DNA of 59,356 nucleotides, the filler included. It is 5 parts of 5 records of this genome, joined end to end, with 100 filler letters (N's around TTAATTAATTAA, not from the genome) between each part and the next. Parts side by side here need not be neighbours in the genome. Positions count along the whole stretch, not along the records: positions 1 to 6,449 come from DRR723986_9062; positions 6,550 to 36,524 come from DRR723986_9067; 3 more parts are not named here. The stretch is one strand, 5' to 3'. Positions 1 through 9,725 of this stretch are shown here, piece after piece. The notes under the pieces were generated by a model. The model was not told the DNA's origin. It was given only the letters and a program-made list of their open reading frames with translations, and did not search any database. How positions within the stretch are numbered: position 1 is the first letter of the stretch; each line of letters opens with the position of its first letter. Made by a program: the position numbers and the translations under genes.

Positions 1-1107
1 TTTCGGATCGGCGAGCCGTTGAATCCAAACCTTTGGAAGGTCCGTCGCCAGTGCGTTGTTGTCGTGTTTTTCAGATCTCGAAATCGCATTCAGATGAGAC
101 AGAACTTGCCGTTCAATATCTTCGGGAGACGTATCCCGTTCAACCGAAACAGCAAAGCTGTCCGAACGGGCAAAACCGCCGCAATGGTCAGTCAGGCTGC
201 CTGTCTGTCGTGCCGGAAAAATGGCTTCGATCCGTTCGTGACCGCCGAGCGTGCACAGGAATTGCGCGAAACGAATCCCAACCCGTGCCAGCAATGTGGT
301 GTGGTCCGATGAAGAGTAAACCTGGTCATGATTGAAGACAGGTTCGAGCAAAGTTCCGAACCTCCGCGCGAGCCGGTCGCCCGTTGGCAGAAGACCAGGT
401 GTTCCGTTGAAATCGATAACGGACGTATCGGCCAATCCTTCGCCCCGTCGCAACCAGGTGACCGGCGCAAGGCCGGGAAAATCAGGCTCAAAATGCTTCA
501 CCTGATGCGGCGCCGGTGCAGCAATGACCTTGCTGTCATAGGCTGCCGCAAGACTTCTCAGGACATCTTCCGGTGAACAGACCTCCTCGAGAATGCGGTG
601 CATGAGCAGGCTCAGGATCACCTCTTGGCCGCCGAAGATCAGCAGCACCTTGAAAGGGGGTTCGGCTTCGCTGTCCCAATGTGCTTTCTGGGCGGACAGG
701 ACAAGTGAAACAGCTCCCTGCTGGTTTTCAGCTTTGATGATTTCAAGTGTTCCGTCCGGCCCGTGCGAGAGGGACTTCACGAGTTCTCCCTCGTCACTGA
801 AGCGATAGCGCATCGCCAGCTCGGGAAAGGCTTCGACCATCGCGTCCACGGCGCGGGCGAGGCGTGCGATATCGGGTGTGCAACCGAGCCGATAGGTCTG
901 GGCGTGTCGCAGCACCTTGTCCGGATCTTGCTGTTGCGCCAGCCAGATCCGTTCCTGATGCTGCGTGACGGTGTGCGGTTGCCGGCCTTTTTCCGGCAAA
1001 CGGCCAGCCGGGACGGCAGGCTGGGTTGACCCGTCCAGGGATTTGAGTTCCGCGTCAAAACGCTCGAACTCGGTTGCTGTCAACAGGCGGTCTAAACCTC
1101 CGGTCAT
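1..1107 (-). CDS. NRPS condensation-domain protein with degenerate catalytic motif (3' end runs off the window)
   Basis: Not in the ORF track. Manual translation from ATG at 1107 (GGGAG just upstream) stays open to position 1: MTGGLDRLL...VTQHQERIWLAQQQDP (C1-like)...LARAVDAMVEAFPELAMRY (C2-like)...EPPFKVLLI...LLMHRILEE (position of HHxxxDG). Confidence 0.72.
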   Translation of the reverse strand, partial: MTGGLDRLLTATEFERFDAELKSLDGSTQPAVPAGRLPEKGRQPHTVTQHQERIWLAQQQDPDKVLRHAQTYRLGCTPDIARLARAVDAMVEAFPELAMRYRFSDEGELVKSLSHGPDGTLEIIKAENQQGAVSLVLSAQKAHWDSEAEPPFKVLLIFGGQEVILSLLMHRILEEVCSPEDVLRSLAAAYDSKVIAAPAPHQVKHFEPDFPGLAPVTWLRRGEGLADTSVIDFNGTPGLLPTGDRLARRFGTLLEPVFNHDQVYSSSDHTTLLARVGIRFAQFLCTLGGHERIEAIFPARQTGSLTDHCGGFARSDSFAVSVERDTSPEDIERQVLSHLNAISRSEKHDNNALATDLPKVWIQRLADPK

Positions 1108-1250
1108 GTCAGTCTCCCGATACTCATGTGTCGTGCTGATTGCTTGCCTTGGGAGCTCGTCCGCAGCCATTCGGGCCGACGACGCGGGGGCTCACTGAGT
1201 AAGCGGATATGAGTTGCATTTGTTAGCAGTCACAGCCAGCGGGAGCAATT

Positions 1251-1275
1251 AAACTTGTATCAAATACTCATGTTT
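1251..1275. promoter_or_regulatory. Candidate RirA/IRO-type iron-responsive operator
   Basis: AAACTTGTATCAAATACTCATGTTT is an imperfect palindrome with TGT-N9-TCA (one mismatch to TGA-N9-TCA), upstream of the C-domain ORF in an iron-uptake cluster. Confidence 0.5.
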
Positions 1276-1410
1276 TTTAAGCCCGGCATCCATCTTGGTG
1301 GGCCGGATATGTTTTCTGGACGGGAGAAGGCAAGACACCCCGGACAAGCACTCGGTGTGCCGCCCGGGCGTGTCCGATGCAGAAAACCGATAGACTGAGC
1401 AGCACCGGTT

Positions 1411-2376
1411 TTACTGCGTCGTCTCGTTCCAGCCTGCGATCGCATCCAGCATGTGTTCCGCGCTTGCAACGCTCGGCGTAATCACCTTGGCGGGATCGAC
1501 GAACAGGATCCGGTTTTCCTTGGCCGGTTTCATGAATTGATCCCAACCGGGAACAATCTTGCTCAGCGAAGCACGGGTTCCGGCCTCATCGCGGCCGCCG
1601 GCCATGTAGCTGTTGAGCAGGACAAGAACATCAGGATCGAGCTTGCCGAATTCCTCCGCACTCAAAGGCATGAGCATCATGGAACCGCCTGCCGGAGAAG
1701 CGCCGCTCGGCGCGCCGACTTCCAGACGGCTGTATCCGAGGTCTTCCAGTGCCTGAACCATCCCGGAGGAATCGCCCACAACATTGAGCTGGTCGGTCAG
1801 AAAGACGGGAAGGTAGGTCCTGCCTGCAGGATCGAAGGGCAGTTTGGCGCGCAGATCTTCCACGCGCTTTTCATAAGCCGCCTTGCGGGCGGCAAAGACA
1901 TCTTCCCGGCCGACGAGAGCTGCGAGGTCTTCCTCGACATCAAAACCGTAGACCTTCGAGCTGCCGACATTCTGCAGATAGACCGGGGCGACAGTGGCCA
2001 GTTGATCGGCTTTGCCGGCATCCAGTTCGCTCGCGACGATCAGATCAGGTTCCAGCACTCTCAGTTTTTCAAGATCGAGCTGCCCGACGGGGCCGAAACC
2101 CTTCGGTTTCGTTTTGCCTTCGCCGAGAACGGTGTCGATGAAGTCGACTGCGATAACGAAACTGCCGTCATCCGCCCGGCCGAAGCTGCCGGTAAGATCG
2201 AGGCCGAGATCCATCAGCGGGATGCCGAGCAACGGCTCGTGCATGACAACGATATGTTCGGGCTGCTCCGGTATCGTGACCTTCCGGCCCGTGTCATCGG
2301 TGACGGTGCGCTCGGCTGCAAGGACCGGACTTGTCGCCAGTAGGGCTGCGATTGCGCAGGAGACGAGAAAACGCAT
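1411..2376 (-). CDS. Iron-siderophore ABC transporter periplasmic binding protein
   Basis: Signal peptide, TVTDDTGRKVTIPEQPEHIVV and LDLEKLRVLEPDLIV motifs of the FhuD/FepB-type fold; last gene of the ABC operon. Confidence 0.9.
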   Translation of the reverse strand: MRFLVSCAIAALLATSPVLAAERTVTDDTGRKVTIPEQPEHIVVMHEPLLGIPLMDLGLDLTGSFGRADDGSFVIAVDFIDTVLGEGKTKPKGFGPVGQLDLEKLRVLEPDLIVASELDAGKADQLATVAPVYLQNVGSSKVYGFDVEEDLAALVGREDVFAARKAAYEKRVEDLRAKLPFDPAGRTYLPVFLTDQLNVVGDSSGMVQALEDLGYSRLEVGAPSGASPAGGSMMLMPLSAEEFGKLDPDVLVLLNSYMAGGRDEAGTRASLSKIVPGWDQFMKPAKENRILFVDPAKVITPSVASAEHMLDAIAGWNETTQ

Positions 2377-2386
2377 GAAGATCCTT

Positions 2387-3454
2387 TCAATGTGACTGGA
2401 GTTTGCGCAGCGCCTGCAGACGCAGCGCGATGATGAAGAGCGGCACGCCGACCATGGTCAGGCTGAGACCGAGAGGCATTGGCAGGGAGCCGCCAAGCCC
2501 GCGTGTCAGTGCATCGGCGATCAGGACGAGGATCCCGCCCATCAAGGCAGACAGGAAAAGCCGCGCCCGGGCGACGGCCGGTGAAAGAAAGCCGGCGATG
2601 TGAGGTGCCAGCACGCCGAGAAAGACCAGGGGGCCAACCGCCGTCACGGCAGCGGAACTCAGCCCAACGGCAGTGAGCAGGATCAACGGGCGGGAACGGC
2701 CAACAGGTTCGCCCAATGCCATCGCCATTTCGCTGCCCAGATCATATGTGGCCATGGCAGGGCCGAGAACGAAGATTGCCGCGAGGCTGAGAACGAACAA
2801 CGGTGTAAAGGCGGCGATGACTGTCCAGTTGGCCTGGAACAGCGAGCCGGCCAGCCACTCGGAAAGGGCGATGGAGGTCTCGGTCGGCAGATACAGGATG
2901 AGAAGCGATCCGAAGGAAGACAGGACAGTCTCGATTGCTATCCCCATCAGGACGATGGAAAGGCCGCTGGATCGCTCACTGCCGACAAGCCACAAAAGCA
3001 GACCGGCAACCGTCAGCCCACCGGCGAGCGCAGCAAGAACCACAAGGCTCTTGGGGGCCGCAGGCAGGAAGACCAGCAGCAACATGATCATCGTCATCGA
3101 CCCCTGGCTGAAGCCGAAAAGTCCCGGGTCAGCCAGCGGGTTCCTGGCAACCGACTGAAGCATTGCCCCGGCGAGTGCGACCGCCCAGCCGACCATGAAC
3201 CCGAGCAGGATGCGCGGCAGACGGACCGTCCAGAGCGCATAATCCTCTGCACCCGGCAAACTTTCACCGGCAAGCGTTCGGAAAAGATCGGTTAGCCCGG
3301 TGTCCGTCAGCCCGAGGCCAGTGGCAAGAGCCGCAAGTGCAAGCGCAGCAGCCACAAGACAGGCTCCGGCAAGCAGATTGCCGGTCCTCATCTGAAGTCC
3401 GCCGGCCAGACGCAGCACCCGTTTGCCGTCGATTGCTCTACCGCCTCTGATCAT
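2387..3454 (-). CDS. FecCD-family iron-siderophore ABC permease
   Basis: RLPRILLG...QSVARNPLADPGLFG and GPLVFLGVLAPH motifs. Likely start ATG 3454 overlaps the upstream stop (ATGA); the track's 3928 start is an over-extension. Confidence 0.9.
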   Translation of the reverse strand: MIRGGRAIDGKRVLRLAGGLQMRTGNLLAGACLVAAALALAALATGLGLTDTGLTDLFRTLAGESLPGAEDYALWTVRLPRILLGFMVGWAVALAGAMLQSVARNPLADPGLFGFSQGSMTMIMLLLVFLPAAPKSLVVLAALAGGLTVAGLLLWLVGSERSSGLSIVLMGIAIETVLSSFGSLLILYLPTETSIALSEWLAGSLFQANWTVIAAFTPLFVLSLAAIFVLGPAMATYDLGSEMAMALGEPVGRSRPLILLTAVGLSSAAVTAVGPLVFLGVLAPHIAGFLSPAVARARLFLSALMGGILVLIADALTRGLGGSLPMPLGLSLTMVGVPLFIIALRLQALRKLQSH

Positions 3455-4464
3455 GAGGCCTCCCGGCTGCCGGGGGAGAGATAGAAGCGTTTGACGATCA
3501 CGATGAATACGATGCCGCCGATCAGATCCGTAACCAGGCCGGTGTTCACGACGTAGGGGTAAAAGGCTTCCCGAGCGATGAGGTCCGCTGCCAGACCGAC
3601 AATCGCTCCCACGATCAGGGAGGCCGGCAGGGCGTGAACAAGATTGTTGCCCATGAAGGGGCGCACGATATGCGGCACGACCAGCCCGACAAAGCCGATC
3701 GGACCGCACACTGCAACCGCGGAGCCGGACCCGAGCACGGCTGCTCCGATGGCAAGACGTGAGACAAGAGGAACGTTGACACCGGTTGAGGCGGCCTTGT
3801 CGGCGCCCAGCAGGATCAGGGTCAGCGGCCGGGCAAACAGCAGCAGGATTGCGACGGAAAGGGCCCCGATCCACCAGAACATGGCAAGGCGATCGATATA
3901 GACGTGGTTGATGTTGCCGGTTACCCAACTCAGGAAATCGGCGCGGCGGGCCGGGTCGGACAACAGCAAGGCGTTGGTCATGCCGGTAAACAGCATGGAA
4001 ACCAGGGCGCCGGACAGGATAAGGGACAATCCGCGCGGGTCGTTCCGGCGACCTGCGAGCCGGGCAATTGCAAGGCTGGAGAGAAAACCGGCAAGTGCTC
4101 CGGCAAGCGCCGCAATGCCCTGCAGCTCGGCGCTGGCGCTGAACAGGAGCGCACTGGCAACCAGAAACAGAGCCGCACCAGAATTGACGCCCAGTGTGGC
4201 CGGGGAGGCCAGGGGATTGCGCACCAGGCTCTGCAGGACGAAGCCGCTGGCCGCTGCAATGCCGCCGGCATAAATAGCAATCAGGGTGCGCGGCAACCGC
4301 TGGAACAGAAGGACCGCGTCTTCGTAACTTTGAGCTTCGAAACGCTGGAGCGCGGCAACCAGGTTCGGCAGATCGGCCGCGTGGAAACCGAAGAACAAAT
4401 GCACCACCAGCACGATGGCAAGCATTGCAAGGATAAGCAGAAGGTGGAGACTACGCCGGTCCAT
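3451..4464 (-). CDS. FecCD-family iron-siderophore ABC permease
   Basis: RLPRTL...QSLVRNPLASPATLG and GPIGFVGLVVPH motifs, multiple TM segments. Confidence 0.92.
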   Translation of the reverse strand: MDRRSLHLLLILAMLAIVLVVHLFFGFHAADLPNLVAALQRFEAQSYEDAVLLFQRLPRTLIAIYAGGIAAASGFVLQSLVRNPLASPATLGVNSGAALFLVASALLFSASAELQGIAALAGALAGFLSSLAIARLAGRRNDPRGLSLILSGALVSMLFTGMTNALLLSDPARRADFLSWVTGNINHVYIDRLAMFWWIGALSVAILLLFARPLTLILLGADKAASTGVNVPLVSRLAIGAAVLGSGSAVAVCGPIGFVGLVVPHIVRPFMGNNLVHALPASLIVGAIVGLAADLIAREAFYPYVVNTGLVTDLIGGIVFIVIVKRFYLSPGSREAS

Positions 4465-5249
4465 CAGGCTACCGATGCGTGCCCAATGCGCTCCGGAAAG
4501 CAGACGAGGCGCCCATCGCGTGGAAAGATCTGTGTCCTGAGGCCGAAGACCTGTCCGATGTTGTCACTGGTGACCGTGTCCGCAACCGGTCCTGCCGTAA
4601 TGCACCGGCCTGACTGCATCAGCACGACCTCGTCGGCGAAGGCGGTGGTCAGGTTCAGGTCGTGCAGAACGGCAATCACCGTCTTGCCGTGGGTTTCGAT
4701 CAGCTCCCTGACAAGTTCGAGAACGGCGAACTGGTATTTCATGTCCAGATGATTGACTGGCTCGTCCATCAGGATGACATCGGTATCCTGTGCCAGAACC
4801 ATTGCGATCCAGGCGCGCTGACGCTGACCACCGGACAGTTTGTTGACGGGAAAACCGGCCCGGTCGCTCAGGCCTACCGTCTCCAGAACCTGTTTGAAGA
4901 GATCACGATCCTGCGCCGACGGACCACCCGTCAGTGAATACCGCGAATAGCCGGCAAGCTCGATCAGCTCGCCAAGTGTCATGTAATCCGGGCAGAAGCA
5001 ATCCTGAGGCAGATAGGCAATCCGGCGGGCAAGAGCTTTCCGGCCGATGCCAGGGAGAGGTGCGCCTTCCAGCAGAATGTCGCCGGCGCTGATCGGCAGG
5101 AAGCCCATGATCGCTTTCAACAGGCTGGACTTGCCGCACCCGTTCGGCCCGACGATCGCCGTAAGCCGGCCTTTGCTGAACCGGACGGAGACATCACTGA
5201 GCACATTCAAGGGTCCGTAAGCCGCGCTTACGTGTGTTGTCTCCAGCAA
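4464..5249 (-). CDS. Iron-siderophore ABC transporter ATP-binding protein (FhuC/FepC type)
   Basis: Walker A GPNGCGKS, signature LSGGQRQRAW, Walker B ILMDEP, H-loop VLHDLN. Probable TTG start at 5249 with AGAGG upstream. Confidence 0.92.
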   Translation of the reverse strand: MLETTHVSAAYGPLNVLSDVSVRFSKGRLTAIVGPNGCGKSSLLKAIMGFLPISAGDILLEGAPLPGIGRKALARRIAYLPQDCFCPDYMTLGELIELAGYSRYSLTGGPSAQDRDLFKQVLETVGLSDRAGFPVNKLSGGQRQRAWIAMVLAQDTDVILMDEPVNHLDMKYQFAVLELVRELIETHGKTVIAVLHDLNLTTAFADEVVLMQSGRCITAGPVADTVTSDNIGQVFGLRTQIFPRDGRLVCFPERIGHASVA

Positions 5250-5361
5250 TTTCGACCTCTTGACCTTCTGCAATGCAGAAGTCTTTATACTATCCGAAAC
5301 GAGCCAGCAAACCCAAAGCCAGCCCTCCAACTCGTTTCCAATCCAATCAAGAGCGGATTTG

Positions 5362-6449
5362 ATGACCCCCTCAAAGAAATTGCATATCGGCATGTCGCTC
5401 GCCCCGACATGGCTCAGCGGCGACGCGTGGCGTCGTGCGGACAGTGGCGTGGAAGGCCTTTACGGCAGTGATTTTTATCTCGACGTCGCACTGCGTGCGG
5501 AGCAGGCCAAACTGGACTTTGCGTTTCTGCCGGACTCGCTGTTTCTGAACACCGGGCTGCTGGCATCCGGCACCGGGTTTGCCAGTCTTGACCCGACATT
5601 GCTGCTGGCCTCGATCGCGCGCGAGACGTCGAGGATCGGGCTCTTGTCGACAGCGTCGACGACCTTCTTTCCACCCTATATCGTCGCCCGGCAGATCCAG
5701 TCGCTGAACTGGCTCAGCAACGGGCGGGCCGGCTGGAACATCGTCACCGCGCTGGACGGCAACGCGAATTTCGGCCTTTCCGAAATGCCGAGCCCGGAGG
5801 AACGCTACGCACGGGCCGCCGAATTTACCGAAGTCGTCCGGCAGCTCTGGGAGAGCTTTCCTTATGAAGCTCTCAAGCTCGACAGGGAAAGCGGGCTTTT
5901 CGCTGATGCGGATCTCGTCAAACCTGTCGACCACGAAGGTTCGTTCTTCAACGTGAAGGGCCCGCTCAACTTGCCGCGCTTCGGCAAGACACGGATACCG
6001 CTTGTGCAGGCTGGGGCTTCTGGTGCAGGCCGTGACTTTGCCTCTTCGGTGGCGGACGCGATCTTCGCCTCGACACCGGACAAGGCTGCAGCCATGGACT
6101 TGCGGGCCGATTTGCGCAAACGGGCCGAACAGCGCGGACGAAAGGGTGACGACATCCGGGTTTTGCCGGGGTTGAGCCTTTACCTGGCGCCGACCAGGGC
6201 GGAGGCGGAGGAGCTCTTTGCCGAAACCAACGCGCGCGTGAGCTGGGACCGGTGCCTGGCAACTGTTCTGGAAATGACCGGGCTCGATCTTTGCGACTGG
6301 CCGGCAAAACGACAGGTGAAAGCCACGGATCTGCCCCCGCCACCGGAAACGGTGCGCAGCCGCACCCATTCGCAACTTCTGCGACGGATGATCGAGCGGG
6401 ACGAACCAGCCGTCGAAGACCTGTTGCGCCGGCCGGAAGTTATCGGCTC
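5362..6449 (+). CDS. NtaA/DmoA/SnaA-family FMN-dependent monooxygenase (truncated at contig end)
   Basis: AEQAKLDFAFLPD, LDPTLLLASIA, GRAGWNIVT, HEGSFFNVKGPLN, VQAGASGAGRDFA motifs. Confidence 0.88.
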
Positions 6450-6549
6450 NNNNNNNNNNNNNNNNNNNNNNNNNNNNNNNNNNNNNNNNNNNNTTAATTA
6501 ATTAANNNNNNNNNNNNNNNNNNNNNNNNNNNNNNNNNNNNNNNNNNNN
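6450..6549. other. Artificial contig spacer
   Basis: N-run, TTAATTAATTAA (stops in all six frames), N-run; the same cassette occurs four times. Confidence 0.97.
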
Positions 6550-8617
6550 CCTCGTTGGAAAGTGTTACCGTGCAATTGCCACCAAGCTCGAAAGTACCGA
6601 TGGCTTGGAAGAGATCCTTGGTTGTGCGTTTTCGCTGATTAATTGATACGGAAACACTCTTAGCCGGGGACGTAACGATAACCTGCGTCCGAGATGAACG
6701 GTTGGAATTCGGTGGCCAGGCCAATCCGACTCGGTAACGCCCCGGTTCCAGCTCTGCCGAAAAGGTTGCTGTCTTTGCGTTGCCAACATTGGCCGAATCA
6801 TTATCGTGGTGGTAACCCAGGTCAACGAACGGGTTGTTGGCGGTGGAGTGCTTCCACTGGCCGGTGAATTCTGCCTGAGAATCGTCTACGACGATGCCAG
6901 GCAGTTTCTTTGAATCGTTGCGATAAACTACGCTCAACTCCAAGACTTGCTTGTCGGCCAGAAGACGCTCACGCAACTCTTTGTAATGGACGTCCTGAAC
7001 GGAAGTGTCCGAGTCAATCGCCATCGCCGCAACAGTAGCTGCGGACTGGCCAAGGATCATGAAGACGGGTTCCATGCGGATTGAACCAAAAGCAATATGG
7101 CTTGAGGAAACGCACACTGGCACCACCAAGTTCTCACACTGCTGCTGTTTCGGCAGAATGCTGCCGAGACTGATCTCATACGGACGAGGTGCCTTGACGC
7201 CGATATCGCCTTCATTTTGCACAAAACCATCAGGTTTGACGTACCGCTGGACGTTGTGGGAATCCAACGTGTACGAGCCCATCCCAATTGATTCGGGGGT
7301 TACCTTTTTGTCCAGGCAATCGTGTTCGGTCATAACATATTGGCCGATGAGCCGACGCGCTTCACGGACGTAGATTTGGTGCGGCCATCCGCCGTTGTCG
7401 ACAAACTCGTCAGCGGCCAATCCCCACTCAGAAATCTTCTCTCTAACGTCTTCAGGAACGCGTGGGTCGTTTGCCATGAAGTAAAGCAGTCCCTTTTGGT
7501 AGTTCTCATGCTCCTGAATGATCTCTTTCCTGCGCTCGTAACTTGCTTCGGGATAATCATAGTTCATCCCGATGTAATCCGTGCTAACCGGGCCGTGATT
7601 ATTGGTGTCCGTTTTGAGGTTCGGAATTGGGTCGTATTTGTTGAACAGTTGCCTCCACCCGGCGTCGAGCACTCGAGCAAGAAGAACGTAACGATCCGCA
7701 TCGTATCCGTCAGGCTTAGGAAGCGGGATCCGATTCTCGGGTGCCTTCGTCATGCACAGTCGGAAGCAATAGGCTTGAATGCGATGGTCTCCCGCGCCGA
7801 ATTCTCCTGGCGGATCGGCACTGACCAATGGAATCAGTCCACTTTCTGGATTGCCCGGTTCAACGTATGGATCGATATCATTCTTGAAGTGGTGCGAGTG
7901 ATGAAGTACACCCACTTGGACTCCGTTCCACTGTTCCCCATAGGTCGAATTGGCTTCACGCCCGACGTGATAGTCACAGCCTGCCGCAGCCAGCAAGTCG
8001 CCTTCGTAGGTTGCATCGACGAAGACCTTCCCCGCAACCGATTCACCCGAGGTCGAGCGAATTGCGACAATTCTGGCTCCCCGCTTCTCGACTCCAGTGT
8101 CTCTGTCTAGCCACCAATTTCGGGACACGGGAATCTTGTACGCAGCAAGCCACTTTTCAAAGATTGTTTCTGCAACGTGTGGTTCAAATACCCAAAGTGT
8201 TGCACCATCGCCATCTTTTCCAGGGGGACTTTGATTGCGATTTCCGAAGTCGCTCTGCTTTTGCCATTTCCAAGCATCAGCTTGCTGGTAGTGCTTCCAA
8301 ACCCGATGGTAAAACTCCCGACTTAGGCCACCGATTGCGTCCTTCTTTCCTGAATCAGTCCAGCCAAGCCCGCCGCTGGTCAATCCTCCAAGATGCTCTT
8401 CTGGGCAGACGATGGTTACCGACTTGCCCATCTTCTTCGCTTGAATTGCGGCAGTAATGGCCGCGGAGGTGCCACCGTAGATAACGATGTCATAGCCTTC
8501 AGGACTCCGGGGTGCATCTTCTTGAGCGAGGCATTCCGACTGGGCAGAACTTATCAAGCACAGGCTCAAGCAAACCGCAGCGAAACGTACTCGTGCGGTC
8601 AAGGATTTTGCAATCAT
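6550..8617 (-). CDS. Secreted FAD-dependent oxidoreductase with C-terminal golvesin/xanthan-lyase-type domain (truncated)
   Basis: Signal peptide, DIVIYGGTSAAITAA, FVDATYEGDLLAAAG, IYVREARR, SHIAFGSIRMEP; C-terminal GIVVDDSQAEFTGQW...GRYRVGLAW. Confidence 0.8.
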
Positions 8618-8656
8618 GACTTTTCAGATTTCAGGGAGGCGGGTTTGCAGCGAGTG

Positions 8657-9580
8657 TTACTTTTTTCGCCGCGCCTTGATAAAGCTACCAAATTCTTTCG
8701 GCCAGGGGGCTTGGAAGCTTGCCATCCGCCGCTGAGTTGGATGGACGATTTCAAGGCTCGCCGCGTGCAAGGCGATCCGTTTGTATGGCCAGACTCGGCT
8801 GCCACCCAAGCTTGAATGCTTGCTGTACCGATTGTCGCCAAGCAGCGGATGGCCAAGTTCGGAGAAGTGTACACGGATCTGATTTCGACGGCCCGTTTCA
8901 AGCCGAACGGATACCACGGTAAAGCCCGGTAGCTTTTCGATCGTTTCGTAGTGCGTGATGGCAAGCTCACCACCTTGCTCGGTTGAATAGCGGTTCAGCC
9001 GATCATCTGTAGCCAGGTTCGATCGGATCGTTCCAGAATCCTTCCCAAGGCCGCCATGTAGAATTGCGACGTACTCCCGCTTGGGCTTTCGCGCCGCAAA
9101 TTCTTCACGCAACGACTCGGCCGCTTCCTCGTGCTTGGCCAGGACCATGACACCGCTAACTTCGCGATCAAGTCTTTGAACCACGATCAGGTTGCGGGCG
9201 GTCTTTCTACGATTCAAATGGCGAAGCAATTGCTGCTGCAGTGAGTTGTTTTCGCCTCGCTTGGTTGGAACACTAAGCATACCGGCAGGTTTGATCACGA
9301 CAACAATATCATCGTCTTCGTGCAAAATTTCGAACTTCGCTGGCTTGCTAAGGACAGGCTCGTTGGTGCGGATCAGGCGCGGAGTCTCGATCTCGACGAA
9401 GTCGCCGACGTTCATTCGAAAGTGAGACGCGGCCACCACACGCCCTTCGCAAGTTACTGCTCCGGCATGGATAAGTGCTTCGGCTTCCTTTTTCTGAATT
9501 CCCATTCTGGCTTGAACGATGGACAGCGCCGTCCTGGCGGGAAAGGGAATCTTCTTGTCGACTACGAAACGGATGCTCAT
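8657..9580 (-). CDS. RluA-family pseudouridine synthase with S4-like N-terminus
   Basis: VIKPAGMLS, VQRLDREVSG (catalytic Asp), LETGRRNQIRVH, GHPLLGD, ALHA. Confidence 0.92.
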   Translation of the reverse strand: MSIRFVVDKKIPFPARTALSIVQARMGIQKKEAEALIHAGAVTCEGRVVAASHFRMNVGDFVEIETPRLIRTNEPVLSKPAKFEILHEDDDIVVVIKPAGMLSVPTKRGENNSLQQQLLRHLNRRKTARNLIVVQRLDREVSGVMVLAKHEEAAESLREEFAARKPKREYVAILHGGLGKDSGTIRSNLATDDRLNRYSTEQGGELAITHYETIEKLPGFTVVSVRLETGRRNQIRVHFSELGHPLLGDNRYSKHSSLGGSRVWPYKRIALHAASLEIVHPTQRRMASFQAPWPKEFGSFIKARRKK

Positions 9581-9725
9581 GGCAGTTGTCTTGGATGCGG
9601 CATTTCTATCATTGCTGATTCTATCGGGCGAATTCTAGCGCGGTTCAAGGCACAGTGTGGCGTCGTTTCGCGTGGTTAAGATCTCCCGCGTAGAACGTCA
9701 ACACTTGTCGGTGTGGTGCAGCTTG

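Noticed and set aside
19-1198. Short plus- and minus-strand ORFs listed in the track
   Set aside because: All overlap the continuous minus-strand condensation-domain frame 1107 to 1.
5250-5393. Overlapping divergent ATPase and monooxygenase starts
   Set aside because: Better starts at 5249 (TTG with RBS) and 5362 remove the overlap.
6494-6505. TTAATTAATTAA as a biological motif
   Set aside because: Embedded in N-runs and identical at all four junctions; it is a linker.
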